Source: a virus (taxonomy: Duplodnaviria > Caudoviricetes). From it: a stretch of 34,213 nt of DNA. The number at the start of each line of letters is the position of its first letter. Within the stretch, counting starts at the first letter, position 1. A program made the position numbers and the translations under genes. Below are positions 15,671 through 26,625 of this stretch, piece after piece. The notes below the pieces were generated by a model. It had not been told where the DNA came from. It did no database searches and worked only from the letters and a program-made list of their open reading frames with translations. The stretch is from the IMG/VR virus record IMGVR_UViG_3300020352_000015, positions 1-34,213 of that record. The stretch is one strand, 5' to 3'.

Positions 15671-18523
15671 ATGGCTACAAATATTACAGACTATAACGAC
15701 CCATTGAATTTTGAAACCGTTTGGATTTTTCACACCCCAGCCAAGGAAGATTATACAGATTCCTCGGGCAATACTATTTCGGGCACCAAATCTCCATCCG
15801 CTTCTGACATCAATGCAACAAACAATCCAGAAGTTCCGTCAGTACTACAGAATATTTCGTATGAATTTGGAGCAGCTAATGGGGTGTCTATTGGATCGTG
15901 GACTCTTGTTGTGGGCGGTGTTGTAATTTTTTCAAATAGAGTTTATTCTGCAACGCCCATATATCAAAGATTAGATGGTTCATCATATGATTTAGGAGTT
16001 GAGATTGAAGATGTAGTATATACTAAAGAAAGCTTAAACACAATAACCACCACCAGCACAGCAATTGGAGCAACTCTGCCAGGAACTTTAGTTGGTAGTG
16101 GAACAAATCCAACAACAGCATGGGTAGAAGGAAATAATGATGGAACATATTCTAGTGGCAGCGACACATGGGATCATTTAACTGATGGAGTAACATGGGG
16201 CATTGTTTATAATGGACAAATAAAAGCAGGCCTACAGACAAATCTACAATATAGTGGAACTGATTCGAATGGAAATCCGCAATTTATTGACGCCGATGGA
16301 ACTCTATACACCAGATGGCGAGAAAAATATACAATAAATGGAGCCACTGCATATGAAGTTAGAAAAAAAGCACCAGATGTTACTACAACTACATCAAATC
16401 AGGTAACAGTAAGAGAAAACACCAGATATAAGTTCTATCAGGTGTTGGGGCAAACACAGCTAGAAACAGAAAACATGGACGCAAATTTAGTGTTGGTTAT
16501 GCCCCATCACATACTACAGCGACATGTTGCAAAGAGACAAGGAAATTATAATTTTTCTGCACTTGATTTAGACAATTCTCATTTGAGAGTTGTTCCAAAT
16601 ATGGATGCGGCAAGATTAGAAATAAGAGATTTAAAAGTCAACTATGGAATTGACGCAAGAGCAGTTCCAGTAAGACTAAAAGTAGGGAGCGATTTCGTGA
16701 GAATTGGAATTAATCAAATAACAGATGTAGATGCACTAGACGCAGAATTAAATCATGTTTTACAATATGATACTGATGGTGTATATAGAACAAAGTATCT
16801 CAACACTGATACAACAGTAGAGGGTAATAACAACCTTTACTTTTTAGATCAGAGAGCAAGAGATTCTTTCACAAATGGAACTACATCTAATAAAATTCAT
16901 ATGGACTACGATCTTCTTTCTGATAGAAGTAATAGTGTTGCAGTTAGCTCATTGCAGTCAATTGCAATGTTCTTAGATAGAAATAATTCAGAAGATGGAA
17001 ATTACTTTGGACTGTTCAATGATGAAGACGAAACTACGACTGCACTATCTAAAGAGAGTGCGGTATTTAGGGTAGAAGAAAATGGTGATATTTATTCTGA
17101 TGGTGGACTCTCATTGGATGGTGCATTTGAAGTCAATGGTGACATTACTGCAGGAGGCATCATATATACCAAAGAAAATGGTGCGGTTGCAAATAGAGTT
17201 GCAACTCAAATCTATGTAGACACTGCAATATCAAATTTAATTGATGGTGCTCCTGCCGCGTTGGATACACTAAATGAACTAGCCGCATCTATAAATGATG
17301 ATGCAGGGGTATATCAAACACTTATCGACACAATTGCAAACTTGACAGTTACAACATATGGAGACACTGCTCCAAACGACCCACAGCCAGGAGAGCTATG
17401 GTTTGACACTGCAACCGCCGGAGAACTATTAATGTGGGATGGTGGTAGTTGGATTCAGTTGACTGGTGTTGTCGGAACCCCAGCGTCTGGGGGTGGTGGA
17501 GCTGTTGATTTATCGGCATATGTAACAACAACTGCCATGAACACGGCAATTCAAAACTTTATAGAAGCGGGAGATATTACGGTACAGACAGGCGCGGCGT
17601 CTGGTGGTGGTTCTCTATCGTATAATAATGGACAGTTTACATTTAATCCAGCAGTCACAACCGATTTAACTGGATATGCGACAGAAACATATGTGGATGA
17701 TTCTATCGCAACTCTAACAGGTGGAGTTACCATACCATCTGATATTAATGACTTGACAGATGCTGATGGACTATTAAATACAGATATCAATGAATTATCA
17801 GATGCTGATGGACTATTGAACAGTGGTGGTGGTAGTGTTACAGATATCAATGAATTATCAGATGCTGATGGACTATTAAATACAGATATCAATGAATTAT
17901 CAGATGCTGATGGACTATTAAATACAGATATCAATGAATTAACGGATGTCGATGGACTATTGAACAGTGGTGGTAGTAGTGTTGCCGCAGCGCCCAAACA
18001 GATTCGCGCCGGTCTTACTACTGGATTGACTTCTATAGCCAATATTGAAAATGGGGAAGTTTTAGTTACATGGATTGCAGGATACGCGCAAAACAATAAT
18101 AATGAGACAATGGCTGTATACGATCAAAACGGTTGGGGTGGTGCAAATCCAAGCAGTACACTATTGGCAACTGGCACAAATACTGTAAAATGGGTTAACA
18201 ACACAGGAAGTACAGTTAGTGTTCATATATATGCAACTGCTACAACAACAGGTTCGTCGGTGCGAGTTGTTGCAATGCATTTTGGTACAGATGCATCCAC
18301 CCAAGCGGCCGGGCAAATTGTAGGAGGCACATTTACAACTCCAACATCATCAGGAACCACAACAATTTCTCTTGGTTCTAATATTGCCGGAAAACAGGTA
18401 CTTGTCCAAGAAACACGCAAAATTAATACTGCAATATATACTGCAAATTCTAGTGGTGAAATTGATGTTGTTCATGGATCGTCTAGTGATCCAGAAACTT
18501 GGTATTGGCAAGCAGTAATTTAA
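15671..18523 (+). CDS. Virion structural / tail fibre-like protein
   Basis: 950 aa, Thr/Gly/Ser-rich; APAALDTLNELAA fibre motif; GELWFD module; internal tandem repeats. Confidence 0.8.
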   Translation: MATNITDYNDPLNFETVWIFHTPAKEDYTDSSGNTISGTKSPSASDINATNNPEVPSVLQNISYEFGAANGVSIGSWTLVVGGVVIFSNRVYSATPIYQRLDGSSYDLGVEIEDVVYTKESLNTITTTSTAIGATLPGTLVGSGTNPTTAWVEGNNDGTYSSGSDTWDHLTDGVTWGIVYNGQIKAGLQTNLQYSGTDSNGNPQFIDADGTLYTRWREKYTINGATAYEVRKKAPDVTTTTSNQVTVRENTRYKFYQVLGQTQLETENMDANLVLVMPHHILQRHVAKRQGNYNFSALDLDNSHLRVVPNMDAARLEIRDLKVNYGIDARAVPVRLKVGSDFVRIGINQITDVDALDAELNHVLQYDTDGVYRTKYLNTDTTVEGNNNLYFLDQRARDSFTNGTTSNKIHMDYDLLSDRSNSVAVSSLQSIAMFLDRNNSEDGNYFGLFNDEDETTTALSKESAVFRVEENGDIYSDGGLSLDGAFEVNGDITAGGIIYTKENGAVANRVATQIYVDTAISNLIDGAPAALDTLNELAASINDDAGVYQTLIDTIANLTVTTYGDTAPNDPQPGELWFDTATAGELLMWDGGSWIQLTGVVGTPASGGGGAVDLSAYVTTTAMNTAIQNFIEAGDITVQTGAASGGGSLSYNNGQFTFNPAVTTDLTGYATETYVDDSIATLTGGVTIPSDINDLTDADGLLNTDINELSDADGLLNSGGGSVTDINELSDADGLLNTDINELSDADGLLNTDINELTDVDGLLNSGGSSVAAAPKQIRAGLTTGLTSIANIENGEVLVTWIAGYAQNNNNETMAVYDQNGWGGANPSSTLLATGTNTVKWVNNTGSTVSVHIYATATTTGSSVRVVAMHFGTDASTQAAGQIVGGTFTTPTSSGTTTISLGSNIAGKQVLVQETRKINTAIYTANSSGEIDVVHGSSSDPETWYWQAVI
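17738..17983 (+). repeat. Five in-frame 42-bp tandem repeats (TDINELSDADGLLN) with two 18-bp SGGxSV linkers
   Basis: Unit ACAGATATCAATGAATTATCAGATGCTGATGGACTATTAAAT; copies start at 17738, 17780, 17840, 17882, 17924. Confidence 0.95.
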
Positions 18524-18534
18524 AGGAGAAATAA

Positions 18535-18780
18535 ATGGCAGAATTTCCATCAAACCCAGCAAATGGTGATAAACATACAATTGGAGCAAAAACTTGGGAA
18601 TATAATGCAACCACGGATAAGTGGAGTATTGACTTATTCGGTTTGGATGACTGGACTATATCTCAAGATGCATCAGATAGATTATTATTTTCTCATAACG
18701 GAACATTAATGATGCGATTATCAACCACTGGAGATATAGAAACTAGAGGTAATATAACTGCATTTTCGGATATGACATAA
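18535..18780 (+). CDS. Small fibre-associated protein (FPxxPxNGD N-terminal motif)
   Basis: 81 aa, AAGGAG RBS; N-terminus shared with the downstream fibre paralogues. Confidence 0.8.
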   Translation: MAEFPSNPANGDKHTIGAKTWEYNATTDKWSIDLFGLDDWTISQDASDRLLFSHNGTLMMRLSTTGDIETRGNITAFSDMT

Positions 18781-19586
18781 TGCCATTGCAGACAACTGGC
18801 CCGATTTCACTTAGGGATATACAGATACTACATAATTCATCCTCTCCAACATGGCAGAGGATTGTTTTTGGCGAATTCACTAGAGCTACAGGACATGTAC
18901 TAGAACGCCCAGAGAACTCTAATGTTCCAACAGCAACGGGTGAAGAGATAAGCTTTGATGATTTTTATGGAACTTCTGCACAAATTCCTGTATCTTATGA
19001 ATTGATTGGTGGCGGCGGTGGTGGCGGAGCTGGACGCAATAATGGCAATGGAGTCGGAATAACAGATGGAGATGACGGTGGAGATACTACTATAGACATG
19101 TCGGTAGATGGAGTTTCATATTTCTCTATAACCTCTTCTGGTGCCGCGGGTGGTAGAGATAGCGCAGAGGCAGGACTACATAGACTTAATAATATACCAG
19201 AAAGAACTGGTGACGCATCAGATTATGGAGATGGTGGTGGGCCCGGTGGAAAAGACATGCCAGGCGGCGGCGCGGCCGCAACAAGTTATGGTGCAGGTGG
19301 CGGCGGAGGCGGCGGCCATGTTGATGTCAATAAATTTGGCGGAATATACAACACAGACCCAGCGGGCGAAGGCGGCCAGGCGAGCGTAAAACAAGAAAAC
19401 CCTGCAAACTATCTGTTGGAAGTTCCTTTCGGAACTATAATGACTGTTACTATTGGGAATGGTGGTGCTGGCGCATCAGATGGTGGTACAGACGGCGGAA
19501 ATGGTGCTGGTGGATATGTAAAAATAAATATTGATGGTACAGAATACGAATATACAGTAGTTGGAACACATACGGAGACATTATGA
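18780..19586 (+). CDS. Glycine-rich tail-fibre tip/adhesin-like protein
   Basis: MPLQTTGPISLRDI and EISFDDFYG N-terminus followed by GGGGGGG runs, reminiscent of gp38-like adhesins. Confidence 0.65.
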   Translation: MPLQTTGPISLRDIQILHNSSSPTWQRIVFGEFTRATGHVLERPENSNVPTATGEEISFDDFYGTSAQIPVSYELIGGGGGGGAGRNNGNGVGITDGDDGGDTTIDMSVDGVSYFSITSSGAAGGRDSAEAGLHRLNNIPERTGDASDYGDGGGPGGKDMPGGGAAATSYGAGGGGGGGHVDVNKFGGIYNTDPAGEGGQASVKQENPANYLLEVPFGTIMTVTIGNGGAGASDGGTDGGNGAGGYVKINIDGTEYEYTVVGTHTETL

Positions 19587-20146
19587 TACATTTATTTGAA
19601 GATCATTTAATGATGGATTTTGACTATTCAGATGCAACTGATTTGATATTCTCGTGTCGTGATGGTGAGTTTTCTACATGCTTGGTTGTACATGGGTATC
19701 AAAATTTAGTAAAAGCAATAGGTATTGATAATATACCTAGTGTCTTCAAGAATGATCCTAGCGAAGAACTAAAATATGCAGTAGATGTAGAGAGTTTGTT
19801 TACAAACAAGAAGAGATTCTACACAAATCAGACAGATTCTATAGATCCTGAAGATTATAGACTTTCCAACCTGAATATCGGCGGCCGTGGATATTACATA
19901 AACAATAAAGATCAAATTTGGACAACAAAAATATATAAAGGAACTCCTACATTTGGAGCAGAAGTGGATAGGTGGAATAAAATCAAAAAAATCTCTGCAA
20001 ATGAGCCGGAAACAGTTGCAACTGATGAAGAATGGCAAGGGCCCAAAGAAATAATAGAAATTTGTCAGAAAAATCAAATAGAATATTGTGTTTTCAAAAA
20101 AGATAAGAAAAAGCAATCGTATGTTAGAGTTTTCGTCAAAACATAA
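19583..20146 (+). CDS. Hypothetical protein
   Basis: 187 aa, ATGA-coupled. Confidence 0.75.
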   Translation: MIHLFEDHLMMDFDYSDATDLIFSCRDGEFSTCLVVHGYQNLVKAIGIDNIPSVFKNDPSEELKYAVDVESLFTNKKRFYTNQTDSIDPEDYRLSNLNIGGRGYYINNKDQIWTTKIYKGTPTFGAEVDRWNKIKKISANEPETVATDEEWQGPKEIIEICQKNQIEYCVFKKDKKKQSYVRVFVKT

Positions 20147-20156
20147 ATAGAAAAAG

Positions 20157-20164
20157 TATAAATA
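20157..20164 (+). promoter_or_regulatory. T4-type late promoter TATAAATA
   Basis: Exact consensus upstream of 20198; CATAAATA also at 20142-20149. Confidence 0.7.
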
Positions 20165-20197
20165 TAAAGAAAATCAGAATTATAAAAGGTTCATAGG

Positions 20198-23100
20198 ATG
20201 TCAGATACAAATCTCACAACTTCAATACAGGCTATTCGCACAAAAATCCTCAACGATATTACAACTGCGACAGTAGACCAACTGCTCTCTCTTTCTAGAG
20301 CAGCAAAATCTGTAGGATTGACAGAAGATAGCGATATTGAAAATGCAGTAAACTCTAGAGTGAACGCACTCTCCTCTGGTGCAACTACAGAAGAGATGGT
20401 AAAATTATCGAATGCTATCAAACAAGTAAGAAATTCTTCTCAGTCTGCTCTTTCCCCATCTGCAACTTCCGATGACATTGTTGAAGGAACTACTAATAAA
20501 TTCATGTCTGATGCTAATTTGCAGGCATTAGGTTCTGCAATTATTCCAGCCGCGGATGCTACACATGACTTGGGCTCTCCTACAAATAAATTTAGAGATT
20601 TATATCTAGACAACAACACTCTCTACTTTGGTACTACTCAATTTACATCAGATGACATTCTCAACTTCGATCTCTCAGTACAACCAGAGACACTAGAAAT
20701 TCAAGTATCAGCAGACGAAGCAGGTCATGGCACACATTGGGATTGGACATGGACACAATCCGCACTTCCATATGCTCGTACCACGATTACTGAAACACCA
20801 TTGAGTGTTGTGCCTTTGTATATGCAGGGCACATATCAAATTAACAACTTTGCTAATACTCAATATGGGTCAATGACGCAAACCCATTCATTTAAATTGA
20901 AGTGGATTGAAGGTGCTGGAAACGACAACCTAGTTTCATGGGCAACTACAACTACAGTAAACCACAGTCATCCAGATATCAATGGCGGAAATTCAACAAG
21001 TGTTGAGAGATTAGCAGTAAATGTTCCATCTACAATCACACCACCAACTCTCACAGCGCCGTCTGTTACATACACCGTTGGTTCTACAACAGGTGCATAT
21101 GTATTCTCTGGAACTGCGATGGGAAACAATCCAGAGATTGGCCCATTCTATAGAGGTGGTACATATACAATCAACATCAATGCTTCTGGACATCCATTCT
21201 ACTTTACAACAGATAATGGAACAAATTTTGCATCTAATACATATTTCGGAGAATATACAAATGGCGTGACTGGTTCTCGCACTGATAGCGGTACAATTAC
21301 ATTTACAGTTCCTGCTGGAGCGCCTGATGTGTTGTATTATCAGTGTGGAGTTCATGGTGCGATGCGGGGCACAATTCGTGTTAAAGATCTTGCAGTAGAA
21401 ACCAATGCAAATGGAAACTACTTGATTTATGGACAACATACACAAGAAGGCCACGCACAGACTATCGAATTGCGTCCTATTCCTACACTCACATCTCAGA
21501 TGTGTCTTGTATACGATTCATCAACAAATAAATTCGTTCCACAAGACTTATCGACATATGTGGAAAATACTCCAGCGTTTGAGAATAAGATTAAAGAAGT
21601 TGCTGGTACTGCAACTCTGATCGCACCAGATGGTACATCTTTGGTTGCATCTGTCAATATCTATAGTGATGCAACATACTTACCAGCTGTAGGAAATACT
21701 GTCGGTGACATTGCATTCGTAGAAGATACACAGAAACTATACATTTACAAGGCCACTGGTTGGATTGAAACAGTTGCCAATGCAGACTTAACAGGACTTG
21801 CAACAGAAGCATTTGTCCAGAACTATGTTGCAAATAATAGTCCTGGCGGCGGTAATGTTGTAGAATATACATCAACAAATACAGCAGCAACAAATGATAT
21901 TGTGATGTTGAATTCTGACGGTACTGTTACTGTAGTTGAACCTACAAATTATCCATTCGATCAACAGACTGCTATAGATTCTCAAATGACTAGTGGATAT
22001 ATTGGAGATTTAAACTATAGAGGTATGATAGCCCATCATTCCACCAGAGAAAAAGGAATGTTAATTTTCCCTGGCGGCACTGGACATAATGACCGCACAA
22101 TGTTGGTTGTATTTTCAAGAAATGGATCGGGAATATCAAAAGGAACGGCATTTTCTTCGGGAGAACCTATCAATAACTTTAGAGACCAACACGCATTCTT
22201 TGGGCCGGCAGGTACACACGAAGACAAATTTCTGTATCTTGGAGCAGCATCAAGTGGGGGTTATTTAAATGTAGGTACTGGAAATATTACAGGAACTACT
22301 GTAAACACAACTGGCACAGATAGTTCAGCTGCGTATAGCGATGCAACTAATAACGGACAATTAGATATTAGTATAAACAGCGGCGGCGCTGGGAACATGG
22401 CCATTGATCACGGTGGGTTTAGTGGAACAGTTTTAACTCTTTATCTAAAATTTCTTGGTGCTAATGGATATCCAGCAGTAAGAAAGTTTACTTACGATTT
22501 CGCAAATCAATACTTAGATCGCAGTTTTCCCGAAATAGAACTTTCAACATCGGAAGCATTTGAATGGGAACACACCGCGATTGACCCATCAACTCCAACT
22601 AGAATTGCTTTATATAGACAAGAGGGAGTGACTTCTACTCGCAGAGGTATAATTAAATTTGCTGATGTAGATTGGGATGCCGGAACTATTAATATAGGCC
22701 CGGCGGCAGATTTATTTACAAGAAGTGCAGGTCACAATGTAGATGCGTATGAAATTCAAAACAAACAAGCATTCCATCCAACTAATGGATTGCTTGCCGC
22801 AGTTACAACATCTCCGCCTGATGGCGGTGGAGATGCGCCATATAGATTAAAAGTTGCTCTATATAGCGCAGATGCAAATCTTAGTATTACTAATGTAAGT
22901 GGAAACTTAACTCTTATGAATGGGGCCAATGTCAAAGTTGGTACAGTAATAGGTAATATTGCATGGACTAAAGGTAGTAATACAGGAAGCACACCAAACG
23001 CGCCGATATTGATTACACCAATTATATCCAATCAAATTGGTTCTAGTCCACAGACTCGATATCTACAATACGATAATTCTGGAAATTATATCACACAAAC

Positions 23101-25009
23101 AACTGATAGTAATACATTTGATTCAGGAAGTATGTGGACATATTCAAGTCCTTTCAATGATGGTGACACAGCATCATATTCACCAGATACAGTAAACAGT
23201 CAATATCCTCAAGTAATTATGACGCAGGGCCCATATGGCGAATCTAACTTTGATGCGACTAAATTGCATGGTGTTGCGGCATCTGCTGGAACAACTATTG
23301 ATGTAACTCTTGAATATGGAATTCATACAGGACTCTCTGGTCTCACTACAGGAACAAAGTATTTTGTTACAGATAGTGGTGGAATCTCAACTAGTGGTGT
23401 TGCAAAACTTGGTACTGCTATCAATGCAACATCTCTTGCATTAGATTTTACTGACGAACTTACAAGTACAGATTTGGGTACATATGCAACAAAAGCGTAT
23501 GTAGCAACTCAAGTTGCAAATCTAGTAGATTCTGCACCAACAACTCTTGATACTCTTAATGAGTTAGCTGCGGCATTAGGTGATGATGCAAACTTCTCTA
23601 CTACAGTCACAAACTCATTGGCAAATAAACTCGAAGCATCCGATTTAAACGGATATGCAACAGAAACTTATGTTGGTGATCAAATCACCGCGGCAGGTAG
23701 TTATAGTGACGCAAGCGTAGATTCTCATTTAAATAGAAGTACTGCAACAACAGGACAGATATTGACTTGGAATGGCACTGATTATGCATGGGTTGATGCA
23801 AGTTCATCAATATCTGTTTCGGAAACTGCTCCAGCATCACCTTCTAATGGTGACATGTGGTTCGATTCATCAAATGCAAACACATATATCTACTACACAG
23901 ATGTAGATAGTTCTCAGTGGTTGCAAATTGGCGGAATAGGACAAACAATTCAAAATATTACAAACAATAGTACAGTTTTTGGAAATCCTACAATCACATC
24001 CGTGTCTCCTAATAACTTTGATGGGTCGAGTGGTACAGTTATCACAATTCAAGGTACAAACTTTGATGTGGGTACAGTTGTCTCATTTATAGATGCAAAT
24101 GGAGTTGAAACTAATGCTTCTGCAACATCTATAGTAACTCAAGGCGAACTTACTGCGACTATACCACAAGCATATACTTCGGCTGAGGGCCCGCTCGATG
24201 TTAAAGTTACAGTCGGTGATGGACAAACTACAACATCAACAGATGCAATTCAAACTGGCGGTTCTCCGACTTGGACAACCGCAGCAGGACAACTTGGCAG
24301 TTCGCTATACAAAGATCAAACTGGAGTTTCTTTACAAATCGAAGCAACAGACCCAGATGGACAGTTCGTATCATATGAAGTTGGTAGTGGATCATTGGCA
24401 CCTGGCCTTAGCCTTGCAGCTGGCACTGGATTGATAACAGGTGATATCACAACTGCAAGTATTACAGCAGATACAAATTATTCGTTTACTGCAAATGCTA
24501 ACGATACAGCAGGAAACTCAACACCCAGAACATTCTTTATCAATGTATTGAATTCTGAGTTGGGCGATCCTTACACTTGGAGATTCGCTTGGAGCTCAAC
24601 TAATGATTATTTAATGGGATTTGATTACGGTAGAGGCGGTGGGCCGTGGATCGAATTCGGAGATGGTGCGTATGAAGGCCTTCCGGCATCAAGTGGATCG
24701 CAGCAAGATGGTAGTACTGGACACTGGTTTAGTGGAAATGATAGCGATATAAGTGCAAAAATTAACGCAGCATTTCCACCAGACACAACATCTGATATTA
24801 AAATTTATATTACGCGCCCAGAAGTAACGGGCTATGATGTTCAAGAGGAAATATCTTCTACAGTTACGAACAATTCGGATTTCGGCGGATATCATCGATT
24901 ATATGGTCCGATGAGAAATGCATTGACGGGAGTGAGCTATGGTGCGGGAAATGGCCCGTTTGCACAGGCAGGCAGCGAAAAACTTTACGCAACAATATAC
25001 TTTGTATAA
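20198..25009 (+). CDS. Large tail fibre/virion protein with cupredoxin-like, IPT/TIG and Ig-like domains
   Basis: 1603 aa; DLGSPTNKFRDLYL, LYYQCGVHGAMRG, LDTLNELAAALGDD, PTITSVSP...GTNF, ATDPDG. Confidence 0.85.
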   Translation: MSDTNLTTSIQAIRTKILNDITTATVDQLLSLSRAAKSVGLTEDSDIENAVNSRVNALSSGATTEEMVKLSNAIKQVRNSSQSALSPSATSDDIVEGTTNKFMSDANLQALGSAIIPAADATHDLGSPTNKFRDLYLDNNTLYFGTTQFTSDDILNFDLSVQPETLEIQVSADEAGHGTHWDWTWTQSALPYARTTITETPLSVVPLYMQGTYQINNFANTQYGSMTQTHSFKLKWIEGAGNDNLVSWATTTTVNHSHPDINGGNSTSVERLAVNVPSTITPPTLTAPSVTYTVGSTTGAYVFSGTAMGNNPEIGPFYRGGTYTININASGHPFYFTTDNGTNFASNTYFGEYTNGVTGSRTDSGTITFTVPAGAPDVLYYQCGVHGAMRGTIRVKDLAVETNANGNYLIYGQHTQEGHAQTIELRPIPTLTSQMCLVYDSSTNKFVPQDLSTYVENTPAFENKIKEVAGTATLIAPDGTSLVASVNIYSDATYLPAVGNTVGDIAFVEDTQKLYIYKATGWIETVANADLTGLATEAFVQNYVANNSPGGGNVVEYTSTNTAATNDIVMLNSDGTVTVVEPTNYPFDQQTAIDSQMTSGYIGDLNYRGMIAHHSTREKGMLIFPGGTGHNDRTMLVVFSRNGSGISKGTAFSSGEPINNFRDQHAFFGPAGTHEDKFLYLGAASSGGYLNVGTGNITGTTVNTTGTDSSAAYSDATNNGQLDISINSGGAGNMAIDHGGFSGTVLTLYLKFLGANGYPAVRKFTYDFANQYLDRSFPEIELSTSEAFEWEHTAIDPSTPTRIALYRQEGVTSTRRGIIKFADVDWDAGTINIGPAADLFTRSAGHNVDAYEIQNKQAFHPTNGLLAAVTTSPPDGGGDAPYRLKVALYSADANLSITNVSGNLTLMNGANVKVGTVIGNIAWTKGSNTGSTPNAPILITPIISNQIGSSPQTRYLQYDNSGNYITQTTDSNTFDSGSMWTYSSPFNDGDTASYSPDTVNSQYPQVIMTQGPYGESNFDATKLHGVAASAGTTIDVTLEYGIHTGLSGLTTGTKYFVTDSGGISTSGVAKLGTAINATSLALDFTDELTSTDLGTYATKAYVATQVANLVDSAPTTLDTLNELAAALGDDANFSTTVTNSLANKLEASDLNGYATETYVGDQITAAGSYSDASVDSHLNRSTATTGQILTWNGTDYAWVDASSSISVSETAPASPSNGDMWFDSSNANTYIYYTDVDSSQWLQIGGIGQTIQNITNNSTVFGNPTITSVSPNNFDGSSGTVITIQGTNFDVGTVVSFIDANGVETNASATSIVTQGELTATIPQAYTSAEGPLDVKVTVGDGQTTTSTDAIQTGGSPTWTTAAGQLGSSLYKDQTGVSLQIEATDPDGQFVSYEVGSGSLAPGLSLAAGTGLITGDITTASITADTNYSFTANANDTAGNSTPRTFFINVLNSELGDPYTWRFAWSSTNDYLMGFDYGRGGGPWIEFGDGAYEGLPASSGSQQDGSTGHWFSGNDSDISAKINAAFPPDTTSDIKIYITRPEVTGYDVQEEISSTVTNNSDFGGYHRLYGPMRNALTGVSYGAGNGPFAQAGSEKLYATIYFV

Positions 25010-25035
25010 AAAGATAAACTGAAGGAAACAAATAA

Positions 25036-26613
25036 ATGGCAATCAATTTTCCAAATAGTCCGGCAAATGGCGATACACATGTGTCGGGTGAAAAAACTTT
25101 TAATTACGATGCCGCTAAGGGTGTGTGGAATTTAGAAGGCAATTTGAAGGTTGCACTGGATATTACCAGCACTCCACCATCTAGTCCATCACACGGTGAC
25201 TTATGGATGGATGAAACAACTGGCGATATGTATACATATTTCACAGATGCAGATAGTTCTCAATGGATTCAAGTCAACGGCGTAGGTGCTGTTGGTGATG
25301 GTGGGGGTTCTGGTGGTGCAACTGTTTATGCAGATATGGCAGCATTAATTGCTGCAACTGGAATGTCTAATGGGGATCTTGCTTTGGTTACTTCAAGCAA
25401 TCAAATGTATATTTACAACGGATCTTCATGGTTTCTTATCGCAACCGTAACAAACGCCGCCCCCTCATCGATTTCGGGCGTGAATTCGGTATACTATCTT
25501 GCAAAAGATGGTACACCAACTGTCATAACTGCTGCATCTACTGACCCAGAAGGGTTTGATATCACATGGAGTTATGCAGTCACTTCTGGTTCTTTAGGAA
25601 CAACTGCAACTGTTTCACAAAATGAAAATGTGTTCACTATTACGCCTGGCACAAACGATCCAGCGGATGTTGGTACATTTGAACTAACATTTAGTGTTAC
25701 TGATGGTCTTTCTACAGAAAGTGCTGCGGCCACTTTCACATTAGTATTCGTCACCGAATTTGCTGACATCAATGGTACACTATCAGAATCAACTTACTAC
25801 AGCATGCCAGGCTCTGGATACAACATGAATTGTGTTGCATTAAATCCATCAGGAACAAAGGGGTTAGTAGGAACTGCACATTCCCAAAACCGCATTTGGA
25901 CATTTGAATGTTCAACTGGCTGGGATTTTGGAACTGCCGTCAGAACCCAAACTGATAGTGCAACTAGCTTGTCTGGAGGTACGAATGTGGGCAATGGAAT
26001 AAAGAGTATGTTCGTAAATCCTGATGGAGATAAGATATGGATGCAGCAAGCGTACAGTAAAGATATTTGGTATAATACGATGACAACTCCTTGGGATGCA
26101 AGTACTATGCCAGGCAGTTGGACACTTGCATATTCTCCTAGTTATTTTGAGCAATCCAATGCAAATAGTGAGTGGGGGGATACTTTTTTCTGGCATGACG
26201 AAGGATATAATTTTTATACTCTCCAAATGGCTGGAACTAACAGTGAATATGCTGTTCATTGGTACACTGTATCTAGTCAGTGGGATTTAAGTACAAAAAC
26301 ATATCAAGGAAAACAAACTTTTAACGCTGGAAGTCCTTCTGGGGCGGGAATACAAACTGGATTTATTTCAAATACAGGAAACAAGATAATTGTTCTTAAA
26401 ACCGCCCGCTCTGGCGATGATAAACTTGTGCAATTAAATTTATCCACTCAATTTGATCCAAGAACCAATGATCCAGGCGTAACTGAATTTGATTTACAAA
26501 GTGGCAATTCATGGTCAAATAGAAATGGAATTTGGCCGGATTGGCAGGGTGGAAATAGATTCGCTTGGTGTCAGCGTGGTTCACATACAATAAGAACAGT
26601 AGCGATAACTTAA
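25036..26613 (+). CDS. Tail fibre-like protein (docking motif, Ig-like domain, beta-propeller-like C-terminus)
   Basis: MAINFPNSPANGD; STDPEG; WDxST repeats. Confidence 0.8.
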   Translation: MAINFPNSPANGDTHVSGEKTFNYDAAKGVWNLEGNLKVALDITSTPPSSPSHGDLWMDETTGDMYTYFTDADSSQWIQVNGVGAVGDGGGSGGATVYADMAALIAATGMSNGDLALVTSSNQMYIYNGSSWFLIATVTNAAPSSISGVNSVYYLAKDGTPTVITAASTDPEGFDITWSYAVTSGSLGTTATVSQNENVFTITPGTNDPADVGTFELTFSVTDGLSTESAAATFTLVFVTEFADINGTLSESTYYSMPGSGYNMNCVALNPSGTKGLVGTAHSQNRIWTFECSTGWDFGTAVRTQTDSATSLSGGTNVGNGIKSMFVNPDGDKIWMQQAYSKDIWYNTMTTPWDASTMPGSWTLAYSPSYFEQSNANSEWGDTFFWHDEGYNFYTLQMAGTNSEYAVHWYTVSSQWDLSTKTYQGKQTFNAGSPSGAGIQTGFISNTGNKIIVLKTARSGDDKLVQLNLSTQFDPRTNDPGVTEFDLQSGNSWSNRNGIWPDWQGGNRFAWCQRGSHTIRTVAIT

Positions 26614-26625
26614 AGGACAAAACAA

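Noticed and set aside
17738-17983. Regularly spaced repeats resembling a CRISPR array
   Set aside because: Repeats are head-to-tail without unique spacers, in frame within a CDS, and no cas genes are present
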